Origin: a virus
Taxonomy: Duplodnaviria; Heunggongvirae; Uroviricota; Caudoviricetes
Reading direction: 5' to 3' (one strand)
Length of the DNA stretch: 25,215 bases
Virus record (IMG/VR): IMGVR_UViG_2706794695_000002
Shown here piece by piece: positions 1-11,706 of the stretch; position 1 is the first letter of the stretch; each line of letters starts with the position of its first letter. The notes beneath the pieces are model-generated. The model saw nothing but the letters and a program-made list of their open reading frames with translations. It ran no database searches and was not told the DNA's origin. Both the position numbers and the translations under genes were made by a program.

Positions 1-257
1 GGTTATCGCTCGCCACGGGAATATCTGCGGCAGCGGGCTTGTAATGGGTTAAGTGATAACAGATGTCTGGAAATATAGGGGCAAATCCAATCGTCGCCGT
101 ATTCCCGTATTAACAGAGACCGTAGCCCGACGGGGAACTCCTTCTGCGCGAGTGTGCGGGAATAATCAAAAACGATGCACACCGGGGTTACCGGGTACAC
201 ATATTTCATCATGCCAGCGAGTCCGGTTCTGGCACGGAAGAAACCGGACGTTATGAT

Positions 258-668
258 TTAGTGCGGAAATATTTGTGTAGTGTTCTGTATGTTCTCAGTA
301 AAGAGTAATGAATTATCAAAGGTATAGTAATACCTTTTGTTTTCGTGGATATTTGTAATCCATCTGAAAACCCCTGCTGTAGCAAGATTTTTCCTGTATT
401 CGTAAAATGATAACTCTCCTGATTTGAATCCTTTTAAGGTGGCTTCTATAAGGCATTTATTTTTTGAAAATCTTACATTTACAACCTTACCCTGTCCTTT
501 TATTAAAACCGTATTATCGTTTTCAAGAACAAGATGAATATTCTCTGTGGCTAAATAGTAAATGTAATGTGAGACATTGTGACGTTTTAGTTCAGAATAA
601 AACCAGTGATAGTTTAAATTATTTCGCACTTTATCGAATATTTGTTTAAAAATGGCAACCTGAGCCAT
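258..668 (-). CDS. Conserved phage protein of unknown function (resembles the lambda right-end ORF and E. coli prophage ybcV-type DUF1398 proteins, as recalled)
   Basis: Track ORF 258..683 (-). The in-frame ATG at 666-668 ([11 protein letters not shown]...) has a GGAAGG Shine-Dalgarno about 9 nt upstream on the minus strand, so it is preferred over the ATG at 681-683, which lies inside that SD. The gene sits in visibly AT-rich DNA (about 27% G+C in a hand-counted 60-nt line). Homology is from memory only. Confidence 0.6.
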   Translation of the reverse strand: MAQVAIFKQIFDKVRNNLNYHWFYSELKRHNVSHYIYYLATENIHLVLENDNTVLIKGQGKVVNVRFSKNKCLIEATLKGFKSGELSFYEYRKNLATAGVFRWITNIHENKRYYYTFDNSLLFTENIQNTTQIFPH

Positions 669-725
669 TGTAGTACCTTCCATGTGATATGAGGGGGCGT
701 AGTCTGCACGATTATCTAAATTGCT

Positions 726-959
726 TCAATCTGGTCTAACCTGTTTTCTGAGCAATTCAGTAATGTCACTCTTTTCTTTGTTTGCTTCAGGCGAAACTCT
801 TTTTTCTGAGCACAGTCTCCGGCGGCAGGCTTCAATGACCCAGGCTGAGAAATTCCCGGACCCTTTTTGAACAAGAGCGATGTTAATTTGTTCAATCATT
901 TGGTTAGGAAAGCGGATGTTGCGGGTTGTTGTTCTGCGGGTTCTGTTCTTCGTTGACAT
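726..959 (-). CDS. Small Arc/MetJ-type ribbon-helix-helix DNA-binding protein (resembles prophage ylcI-type proteins, as recalled)
   Basis: Track ORF, 77 aa. After a basic N-terminus (MSTKNRTRRTTTRNIRFP) comes a segment matching the RHH pattern: a beta-strand (NIRFPNQMIEQI), helix A, a G-S-G-N-F-S turn like the GRSVNSEI turn of P22 Arc, and helix B (AWVIEACRRRL). It lies 57 bp upstream of the 258..668 gene on the same strand. The SD is weak. Confidence 0.5.
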   Translation of the reverse strand: MSTKNRTRRTTTRNIRFPNQMIEQINIALVQKGSGNFSAWVIEACRRRLCSEKRVSPEANKEKSDITELLRKQVRPD

Positions 960-1139
960 GAGGTTGCCCTGTATTCAGTGTCGCTGATTTGTATTGTCTG
1001 AAGTTGTTTTTACGTTAAGTTGATGCAGATCAATTAATACGATACCTGCGTCATAATTGATTATTTGACGTGGTTTGATGGCGTAGATGCACGTTGTGAC
1101 ATGTAGATGATAATTATTATCATTTTGCGGGTCCTTTCC

Positions 1140-1325
1140 GGCGATCCGACAGGTTACGGGGCGGAAGGCGCGCGGGTTTTCGCTATTTATGACAATTTTC
1201 CGGTTTAAGGCGTTTCCGTTCTTCTTCGCCGTAACCTAATGTTTTTATTTAAAACACCCCCTGAAAAGAAAGGAAACGACAGGTGCTGAAAACGGGCTTT
1301 TTGGCCTCTGTCGTTTCCTTTCTCT
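1140..1325. promoter_or_regulatory. cos DNA-packaging site: cosN nick region (1159-1170) with cosB terminase-binding repeats R3, R2, R1 and the cosQ side upstream
   Basis: The flanks match lambda cos as I recall it (...CCGACAGGTTACG / 12-nt core / CGCGGGTTTTCGCTATTTATGA...). CGTTTCC at 1211-1217 (R3), the inverted GGAAACG at 1272-1278 (R2) and CGTTTCC at 1312-1318 (R1) are in the expected positions, with an AT-rich IHF-like segment between R3 and R2. nu1 starts immediately downstream. Confidence 0.85.
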
Positions 1326-1347
1326 GTTTTTGTCCGTGGAATGAACA

Positions 1348-1867
1348 ATGGAAGTCAACAAAAAGCAGCTGGCTGACATTTTCGGTGCGAGTATCCGTAC
1401 CATTCAGAACTGGCAGGAACAGGGAATGCCCGTTCTGCGAGGCGGTGGCAAGGGTAATGAGGTGCTTTATGACTCTGCCGCCGTTATAAGATGGTATGCC
1501 GAAAGGGATGCTGAAATTGAGAACGAAAAGCTGCGCCGGGAAGTTGAAGAACTGCGGCAGGCCAGCGAGACAGATCTCCAGCCAGGGACTATTGAGTACG
1601 AACGCCATCGACTTACGCGTGCGCAGGCCGACGCACAGGAGCTGAAAAATGCCAGAGACTCCGCTGAAGTGGTGGAAACCGCATTCTGTACTTTCGTGCT
1701 GTCGCGGATCGCAGGTGAAATTGCCAGTATTCTCGACGGGATCCCCCTGTCGGTGCAGCGGCGTTTTCCGGAACTGGAAAACCGACATGTTGATTTCCTG
1801 AAACGGGATATCATCAAAGCCATGAACAAAGCAGCCGCGCTGGATGAACTGATACCGGGGTTGCTGA

Positions 1868-1893
<26 letters not shown>
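1348..1893 (+). CDS. nu1: Terminase small subunit
   Basis: Track ORF, 181 aa (MEVNKKQLADIFGASIRTIQNWQEQGMPVL...), essentially identical to lambda gpNu1 as recalled. It lies directly downstream of cosB and its 3' end overlaps the start of A. Confidence 0.97.
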
Positions 1894-5574
<3,681 letters not shown>

Positions 5575-5594
<20 letters not shown>

Positions 5595-6894
5595 TCTCCC
5601 GCATATTGCCAGCATGGCTTTTAATGAGCCGCTGATGCTTGAACCCGCCTATGCGCGGGTTTTCTTTTGTGCGCTTGCAGGCCAGCTTGGGATCAGCTGC
5701 CTGACGGATGCAGTATCCGGCGACAGCCTGACTGCCGGAGAGGCACCCGCGGCGCTGGCGTTATCCGGTGATGATGACGGACCACGACAGGCCCGCAGTT
5801 ATCAGGTAATGAACGGCATCGCCGTGCTGCCGGTGTCCGGCACGCTGGTCAGCCGGACGCGGGCGCTGCAGCCGTACTCGGGGATGACCGGTTACAACGG
5901 CATTATCGCCCGTCTGCAACAGGCTGCCAGCGACCCGATGGTGGACGGCATTCTGCTCGATATGGACACACCGGGCGGAATGGTGGCGGGAGCATTTGAC
6001 TGCGCTGACATCATCGCCCGTGTGCGTGACATAAAGCCGGTATGGGCGCTGGCCAATGACATGAACTGCAGCGCAGGTCAGCTGCTTGCCAGTGCCGCCT
6101 CCCGGCGTCTGGTCACGCAGACCGCCCGGACAGGCTCCATCGGCGTCATGATGGCTCACAGTAATTACGGCGCTGCACTGGAGAAACAGGGCGTGGAAAT
6201 CACGCTGATTTACAGCGGCAGCCATAAGGTGGATGGCAACCCCTACAGCCATCTACCGGATGATGTCCGGGAAACATTGCAGTCCCGGATGGATGCAACC
6301 CGCCGGATGTTTGCACAGAAGGTGTCGGCATATACCGGCCTGTCCGTGCAGGCTGTGCTGGATACCGAGGCTGCAGTGTACAGCGGTCAGGAGGCCATTG
6401 ATGCCGGACTGGCTGATGAACTTGTTAACAGTACCGATGCGATCACCGTCATGCGTGATGCACTGGATGCACGTAAATCCCGTCTCTCAGGAGGGCGAAT
6501 GACCAAAGAGACTCAATCAACAACTGTTTCAGCCACTGCTTCGCAGGCTGACGTTACTGGCGTGGTGCAAGCGACGGAGGGCGAGAACGCCAGCGCGGCG
6601 CAGCCGGACGTGAACGCGCAGATCACCGCAGCGGTTGCGGCAGAAAACAGTCGCATTATGGGGATCCTCAACTGTGAGGAGGCTCACGGACGCGAAGAAC
6701 AGGCACGCGTGCTGGCCGAAACCCCCGGTATGACCGTGGAAACGGCCCGCCGTATTCTGGCCGCAGCACCACAGAGTGCACAGACGCGCAGTGACACTGC
6801 GCTGGATCGTCTGATGCAGGGGGCACCGGCACCGCTGGCTGCAGGTAACCCGGCATCTGATGCCGTTAACGATTTGCTGAACACACCAGTGTAA
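5575..6894 (+). CDS. C: Capsid assembly protease C
   Basis: The track ORF 5440..6894 overlaps B by about 150 nt. The GTG at 5575-5577 gives MTAELRNLPHIASMAFNEPLML..., which matches the lambda gpC N-terminus as recalled (439 aa). Confidence 0.9.
6289..6894 (+). CDS. nu3: Scaffolding protein Nu3 (in-frame internal start within C)
   Basis: In-frame ATG at 6289-6291 (MDATRRMFAQKV...) shares the stop of C, at the offset expected for lambda nu3. Supported by synteny and established lambda biology, not by an independent sequence signal. Confidence 0.65.
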   Translation: MDATRRMFAQKVSAYTGLSVQAVLDTEAAVYSGQEAIDAGLADELVNSTDAITVMRDALDARKSRLSGGRMTKETQSTTVSATASQADVTGVVQATEGENASAAQPDVNAQITAAVAAENSRIMGILNCEEAHGREEQARVLAETPGMTVETARRILAAAPQSAQTRSDTALDRLMQGAPAPLAAGNPASDAVNDLLNTPV

Positions 6895-6903
6895 GGGATG
6901 TTT

Positions 6904-7236
6904 ATGACGAGCAAAGAAACCTTTACCCATTACCAGCCGCTGGGCAATAGTGACCCGGCTCATACCGCAACCGCGCCCGGCGGATTGAGTGCGAAAGCGC
7001 CTGCAATGACCCCGCTGATGCTGGACACCTCCACCCGTAAGCTGGTTGCGTGGGATGGCACCACCGACGGTGCTGCCGTTGGCATTCTTGCGGTTGCTGC
7101 TGACCAGACCAGCACCACACTGACGTTCTACAAGTCCGGCACGTTCCGTTATGAGGATGTGCTCTGGCCGGAGGCTGCCAGCGACGAGACGAAAAAACGG
7201 ACCGTGTTTGCCGGAACGGCAATCAGCATCGTTTAA
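6904..7236 (+). CDS. D: Capsid decoration protein D
   Basis: Translation from 6904 is [27 protein letters not shown]..., matching lambda gpD as recalled. The track ORF starts two codons earlier at 6898 (MFM...), so either start is possible. Confidence 0.95.
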   Translation: MTSKETFTHYQPLGNSDPAHTATAPGGLSAKAPAMTPLMLDTSTRKLVAWDGTTDGAAVGILAVAADQTSTTLTFYKSGTFRYEDVLWPEAASDETKKRTVFAGTAISIV

Positions 7237-7291
7237 CTTTACCCTTCATCACTAAAGGCCGCCTGTGTGGCTTTTTTTACGGGATTTTTTT

Positions 7292-8317
7292 ATGTCGATG
7301 TACACAACCGCCCAGCTGCTGGCGGCAAATGAGCAGAAATTTAAGTTTGATCCGCTGTTTCTGCGTCTCTTTTTCCGTGAGAGCTATCCCTTCACTACGG
7401 AGAAAGTCTATCTCTCACAAATTCCGGGACTGGTAAACATGGCGCTGTACGTTTCGCCGATTGTTTCCGGTGAGGTTATCCGTTCCCGTGGCGGCTCCAC
7501 CTCTGAATTTACGCCGGGATATGTCAAACCCAAGCATGAGGTGAATCCGCAGATGACCCTGCGTCGCCTGCCGGATGAAGATCCGCAGAATCTGGCGGAC
7601 CCGGCTTACCGCCGCCGTCGCATCATCATGCAGAACATGCGTGACGAAGAGCTGGCCATTGCTCAGGTCGAAGAGATGCAGGCAGTTTCTGCCGTGCTCA
7701 AGGGCAAATACACCATGACCGGTGAAGCCTTCGATCCGGTTGAGGTGGATATGGGCCGCAGTGCGGCGAACAACATCACACAGTCCGGCGTCACGGAGTG
7801 GAGCAAGCGTGACAAGTCCACGTATGACCCGACCGACGATATCGAAGCCTACGCGCTGAACGCCAGCGGTGTGGTGAATATCATCGTGTTTGACCCGAAA
7901 GGCTGGGCGCTGTTCCGTTCCTTCAAAGCCGTCAAGGAGAAGCTGGATACCCGTCGCGGCTCTCATTCCGAGCTGGAGACAGCGGTAAAAGACCTGGGCA
8001 AAGCGGTGTCCTATAAGGGAATGTATGGCGATGTGGCCATCGTCGTGTATTCCGGACAGTACGTGGAAAACGGCGTCAAAAAGAACTTCCTGCCGGACAA
8101 CACGATGGTGCTGGGGAACACTCAGGCTCGCGGTCTGCGCACCTATGGCTGCATTCAGGATGCGGACGCACAGCGCGAAGGCATTAACGCTTCTGCCCGT
8201 TACCCGAAAAACTGGGTGACCACCGGCGATCCGGCGCGTGAGTTCACCATGATTCAGTCAGCACCGCTGATGCTGCTGGCTGATCCTGATGAGTTCGTGT
8301 CCGTTCAACTGGCGTAA
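7292..8317 (+). CDS. E: Major capsid protein E
   Basis: The ATG at 7292 gives MSMYTTAQLLAANEQKFKFDPLF..., 341 aa, matching lambda gpE as recalled. The track ORF extends upstream to 7265. Confidence 0.97.
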   Translation: MSMYTTAQLLAANEQKFKFDPLFLRLFFRESYPFTTEKVYLSQIPGLVNMALYVSPIVSGEVIRSRGGSTSEFTPGYVKPKHEVNPQMTLRRLPDEDPQNLADPAYRRRRIIMQNMRDEELAIAQVEEMQAVSAVLKGKYTMTGEAFDPVEVDMGRSAANNITQSGVTEWSKRDKSTYDPTDDIEAYALNASGVVNIIVFDPKGWALFRSFKAVKEKLDTRRGSHSELETAVKDLGKAVSYKGMYGDVAIVVYSGQYVENGVKKNFLPDNTMVLGNTQARGLRTYGCIQDADAQREGINASARYPKNWVTTGDPAREFTMIQSAPLMLLADPDEFVSVQLA

Positions 8318-8318
8318 T

Positions 8319-8342
8319 CATGGCCCTTCGGGGCCATTTTCT
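8319..8342 (+). terminator. Stem-loop with UUCG tetraloop followed by a T-run, in the E-FI intergenic region (possible attenuator or RNA-stability element)
   Basis: ATGGCCC-TTCG-GGGCCAT is a perfect 7-bp stem, followed by TTTTCTCTCT. Late transcription must continue through it into FI and beyond, so it is unlikely to be an efficient terminator. Confidence 0.45.
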
Positions 8343-8358
8343 CTCTGTGGAGGAGTTC

Positions 8359-8757
8359 ATGACGAAAGATGAACTGATTGCCCGTCTTCAGGAGCTGGGT
8401 GAGCAATTGAACCGCGATGTCAGTTTGACGGGAACGAAAGAAGAACTGGCGCTTCGTGTGGCAGAGCTGGAAGAAGAGCTTGATGACACGGATGAAACTG
8501 CCGGTCAGGACACCCCTCTCAGCCGGGAAAATGTGCTGACCGGGCATGAAAATGAGGTGGTATCAGCGCAGCCGGATACCGTGATTCAGGATACGGCTGA
8601 ACTGGTCACGGTCGTGGCACTGGTGACGCTGCATACTGATGCACTTCACGCCACGCGGGATAAACCTGTGGCATTTGTGCTGCCGGGAACGGCGTTTCGT
8701 GTCTCTGCCGGTGTGGCAGCCGAAATGACAGAGCGCGGCCTGGCCAGAATGCAATAA
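8359..8757 (+). CDS. FI: DNA packaging protein FI
   Basis: The ATG at 8359, preceded by GGAGG, gives MTKDELIARLQELGEQLNRDVSLTG..., 132 aa, matching lambda gpFI as recalled with a few substitutions. Confidence 0.9.
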   Translation: MTKDELIARLQELGEQLNRDVSLTGTKEELALRVAELEEELDDTDETAGQDTPLSRENVLTGHENEVVSAQPDTVIQDTAELVTVVALVTLHTDALHATRDKPVAFVLPGTAFRVSAGVAAEMTERGLARMQ

Positions 8758-8768
8758 CGGGAGGCGCT

Positions 8769-9122
8769 GTGGCTGATTTCGATAACCTGTTCGATGCTGC
8801 CATTGCCCGCGCCGATGAAACGATACGCGGGTACATGGGAACGTCAGCCACCATGACATCCGGTGAGCAGTCAGGTGCGGTGATACGTGGTGTTTTTGAT
8901 GACCCTGAAAATATCAGCTATGCCGGACAGGGCGTGCGCGTTGAAGGCTCCAGCCCGTCCCTGTTTGTCCGGACTGATGAGGTGCGGCAGCTGCGGCGTG
9001 GAGACACGCTGACCATCGGTGAGGAAAATTTCTGGGTAGATCGGGTTTCGCCGGATGATGGCGGAAGTTGTCATCTCTGGCTTGGACGGGGCGTACCGCC
9101 TGCCGTTAACCGTCGCCGCTGA
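8769..9122 (+). CDS. FII: Head-tail joining protein FII
   Basis: 117-aa track ORF at the position and length of lambda gpFII. Confidence 0.93.
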   Translation: MADFDNLFDAAIARADETIRGYMGTSATMTSGEQSGAVIRGVFDDPENISYAGQGVRVEGSSPSLFVRTDEVRQLRRGDTLTIGEENFWVDRVSPDDGGSCHLWLGRGVPPAVNRRR

Positions 9123-9133
9123 AAGGGGGATGT

Positions 9134-9712
9134 ATGGCCATAAAAGGTCTTGAGCAGGCCGTTGAAAACCTCAGCCGTATCAGCAAAACGGCGGTGCCCG
9201 GTGCCGCCGCAATGGCCATTAACCGCGTTGCTTCATCCGCGATATCGCAGTCTGCGTCACAGGTTGCCCGTGAGACAAAGGTACGCCGGAAACTGGTAAA
9301 GGAAAGGGCCAGGCTGAAAAGGGCCACGGTCAAAAATCCGCAGGCCAGAATCAAAGTTAACCGGGGGGATTTGCCCGTAATCAAGCTGGGTAATGCGCGG
9401 GTTGTCCTGTCCCGCCGCAGGCGTCATAAAAAGGGGCAGCGTTCATCCCTGAAAGGTGGCGGCAGCGTGCTTGTGGTGGGTAACCGTCGTATTCCCGGCG
9501 CGTTTATTCAGCAACTGAAAAACGGCCGGTGGCATGTTATGCAGCGTGTGGCCGGGAAAAACCGTTACCCCATTGATGTGGTGAAAATCCCGATGGCGGT
9601 GCCGCTGACCACGGCGTTTAAACAGAATATTGAACGGATACGGCGTGAACGTCTTCCGAAAGAGCTGGGCTATGCGCTGCAGCATCAACTGAGAATGGTA
9701 ATAAAGCGATGA
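9134..9712 (+). CDS. Z: Tail completion protein Z
   Basis: 192-aa track ORF at the position and length of lambda gpZ. Its stop overlaps the start of U. Confidence 0.93.
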   Translation: MAIKGLEQAVENLSRISKTAVPGAAAMAINRVASSAISQSASQVARETKVRRKLVKERARLKRATVKNPQARIKVNRGDLPVIKLGNARVVLSRRRRHKKGQRSSLKGGGSVLVVGNRRIPGAFIQQLKNGRWHVMQRVAGKNRYPIDVVKIPMAVPLTTAFKQNIERIRRERLPKELGYALQHQLRMVIKR

Positions 9713-10104
9713 AACATACTGAACTCCGTGCAGCCGTACTGGATGCACTGGAGAAGCATGACACCGGGGCGACGCTTTTTGATGGTCGCCCCGCTGTTTT
9801 TGATGAGGAAGATTTTCCGGCAATTGCCGTTTATCTCACCGGCGCTGAATACACGGGCGAAGAGCTGGACAGCGATACCTGGCAGGCGGAGCTGCATATT
9901 GAAGTTTTCCTGCCTGCTCAGGTGCCGGATTCAGAGCTGGATTCGTGGATGGAGTCCCGGATTTATCCTGTGATGAGCGATATCCCGGCACTGTCAGATT
10001 TGATCACCAGTATGGTGGCCAGCGGCTATGACTACCGGCGCGACGATGATGCGGGCCTGTGGAGTTCAGCCGATCTGACTTATGTCATTATCTATGAAAT
10101 GTGA
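9709..10104 (+). CDS. U: Tail terminator protein U
   Basis: 131-aa track ORF at the position and length of lambda gpU. Confidence 0.93.
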   Translation: MKHTELRAAVLDALEKHDTGATLFDGRPAVFDEEDFPAIAVYLTGAEYTGEELDSDTWQAELHIEVFLPAQVPDSELDSWMESRIYPVMSDIPALSDLITSMVASGYDYRRDDDAGLWSSADLTYVIIYEM

Positions 10105-10111
10105 GGACGCT

Positions 10112-10852
10112 ATGCCTGTACCAAATCCTACAATGCCGGTGAAAGGTGCCGGGACCACCCTGTGGGTTTATAAGGGGAGCGGTGACCCTTATGCGAACCC
10201 GCTTTCAGACGTTGACTGGTCGCGTCTGGCAAAAGTTAAAGACCTGACGCCCGGCGAACTGACCGCTGAGTCCTATGACGACAGCTATCTCGATGATGAA
10301 GATGCAGACTGGACTGCGACCGGGCAGGGGCAGAAATCTGCCGGAGATACCAGCTTCACGCTGGCGTGGATGCCCGGAGAGCAGGGGCAGCAGGCGCTGC
10401 TGGCGTGGTTTAATGAAGGTGATACCCGTGCCTATAAAATCCGCTTCCCGAACGGCACGGTCGATGTGTTCCGTGGCTGGGTCAGCAGTATCGGTAAGGC
10501 GGTGACGGCGAAGGAGGTGATTACCCGCACGGTGAAGGTCACCAATGTGGGACGTCCGTCGATGGCAGAAGATCGCAGCACGGTGACGGCGACGACCGGC
10601 ATGACGGTGACACCCGCCAGTGCTTCCGTAGTGAAAGGGCAGAGCACCACGCTGACCGTGGCATTCCAGCCGGATGGCGCAACCGACAAGAGCTTCCGTG
10701 CGGTGTCTGCGGATAAAACAAAAGCCACCGTGTCGGTCAGTGGTATGACCATCACCGTGAAAGGTGTTGCTGCAGGCAAGGTCAACATTCCGGTCGTATC
10801 TGGTAATGGTGAGTTTGCTGCGGTTGCAGAAATCAACGTCACCGCCAGTTAA
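10112..10852 (+). CDS. V: Major tail tube protein V (with C-terminal Ig-like domain)
   Basis: The ATG at 10112, preceded by GAGGAC, gives [22 protein letters not shown]..., 246 aa, matching lambda gpV as recalled. The track ORF begins 10 codons upstream. Confidence 0.95.
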   Translation: MPVPNPTMPVKGAGTTLWVYKGSGDPYANPLSDVDWSRLAKVKDLTPGELTAESYDDSYLDDEDADWTATGQGQKSAGDTSFTLAWMPGEQGQQALLAWFNEGDTRAYKIRFPNGTVDVFRGWVSSIGKAVTAKEVITRTVKVTNVGRPSMAEDRSTVTATTGMTVTPASASVVKGQSTTLTVAFQPDGATDKSFRAVSADKTKATVSVSGMTITVKGVAAGKVNIPVVSGNGEFAAVAEINVTAS

Positions 10853-10867
10853 TCCGGAGAGTCAGCG

Positions 10868-11290
10868 ATGTTCCTGAAAACCGAATCATTTGAACATAAC
10901 GGTGTGACCGTCACGCTTTCTGAACTGTCAGCCCTGCAGCGTATTGAGCATCTCGACCTGATGAAACGGCAGGCAGAACAGGCGGAGTCAGACAGCAACC
11001 GGAAGTTTACTGTGGAAGACGCCATCAGAACCGGCGCTTTTGTGGTTGCGATGTCCCTGTGGCATAACCATCCGAAGAAGACGCAGATGCCGTCCATGAA
11101 TGAAGCCGTTAAACAGATTGAGCAGGAAGTGCTTACCACCTGGCCCACAGAGGCAATTTCTCATGCTGAAAACGTGGTGTACCGGCTGTCCGGTATGTAT
11201 GAGTTTGTGGTGAATGATGCTCCTGAACAGGCAGAGGACGCCGGGCCTGCAGAGCCTGTTTCTGCGGGAAAGTGTTCGACGGTGAGCTGA
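10868..11290 (+). CDS. G: Tail assembly chaperone G
   Basis: 140-aa track ORF at the position and length of lambda gpG. Confidence 0.93.
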   Translation: MFLKTESFEHNGVTVTLSELSALQRIEHLDLMKRQAEQAESDSNRKFTVEDAIRTGAFVVAMSLWHNHPKKTQMPSMNEAVKQIEQEVLTTWPTEAISHAENVVYRLSGMYEFVVNDAPEQAEDAGPAEPVSAGKCSTVS

Positions 11291-11706
11291 GTTTTGCCCT
11301 GAAACTGGCGCGTGAGATGGGGCGACCCGACTGGCGCGCCATGCTTGCCGGGATGTCATCCACGGAGTATGCCGACTGGCACCGCTTTTACAGTACCCAT
11401 TATTTTCATGATGTTCTGCTGGATATGCACTTTTCCGGGCTGACGTACACCGTGCTCAGCCTGTTTTTCAGCGATCCGGAGATGCATCCGCTGGATTTCA
11501 GTCTGCTGAACCGGCGCGAGGCTGACGAAGAGCCTGAAGATGATGTGCTGATGCAGAAAGCGGCAGGGCTTGCCGGAGGTGTCCGCTTTGGCCCGGACGG
11601 GAATGAAGTTATCCCCGCTTCCCCGGATGTGGCGGACATGACGGAGGATGACGTAATGCTGATGACAGTATCAGAAGGGATCGCAGGAGGAGTCCGGTAT
11701 GGCTGA
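10868..11706 (+). CDS. Tail assembly chaperone G-T, made by programmed -1 ribosomal frameshift
   Basis: The slippery heptamer GGGAAAG at 11266-11272 lies near the 3' end of G. The -1 frame (track ORF 11272..11706) stays open to 11706 and overlaps the start of H. This is the established lambda G/GT mechanism. Confidence 0.8.

Noticed and set aside
3-256. Two overlapping small ORFs (3..212 minus, 69 aa; 53..256 plus, 67 aa) at the left edge
   Set aside because: There is no RBS and no recognisable motif, they overlap each other, and the proteins look random (Arg/Cys-rich). They may be chance frames in the spacer between the upstream gene and the 258..668 gene. Left unannotated rather than invented.
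258-959. Calling the RHH plus 136-aa pair a toxin-antitoxin or defence system outright
   Set aside because: The only support is gene order and an RHH motif. The downstream protein has no recognisable toxin or nuclease motif that I can see, and I recall similar ORFs in lambda itself. It is kept as a hypothesis in the findings, not as a call.
1249-1788. 179-aa minus-strand ORF overlapping cosB and nu1
   Set aside because: It is antisense to nu1 and covers the terminase-binding repeats. nu1 on the + strand is strongly supported, so a gene here is implausible.
7236-7291. Possible terminator hairpin between D and E (AAAGGCC...GGCTTTTTTT)
   Set aside because: The stem is short and imperfect and I could not draw a convincing pairing. 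E is the most highly expressed late gene immediately downstream, so termination here is implausible.
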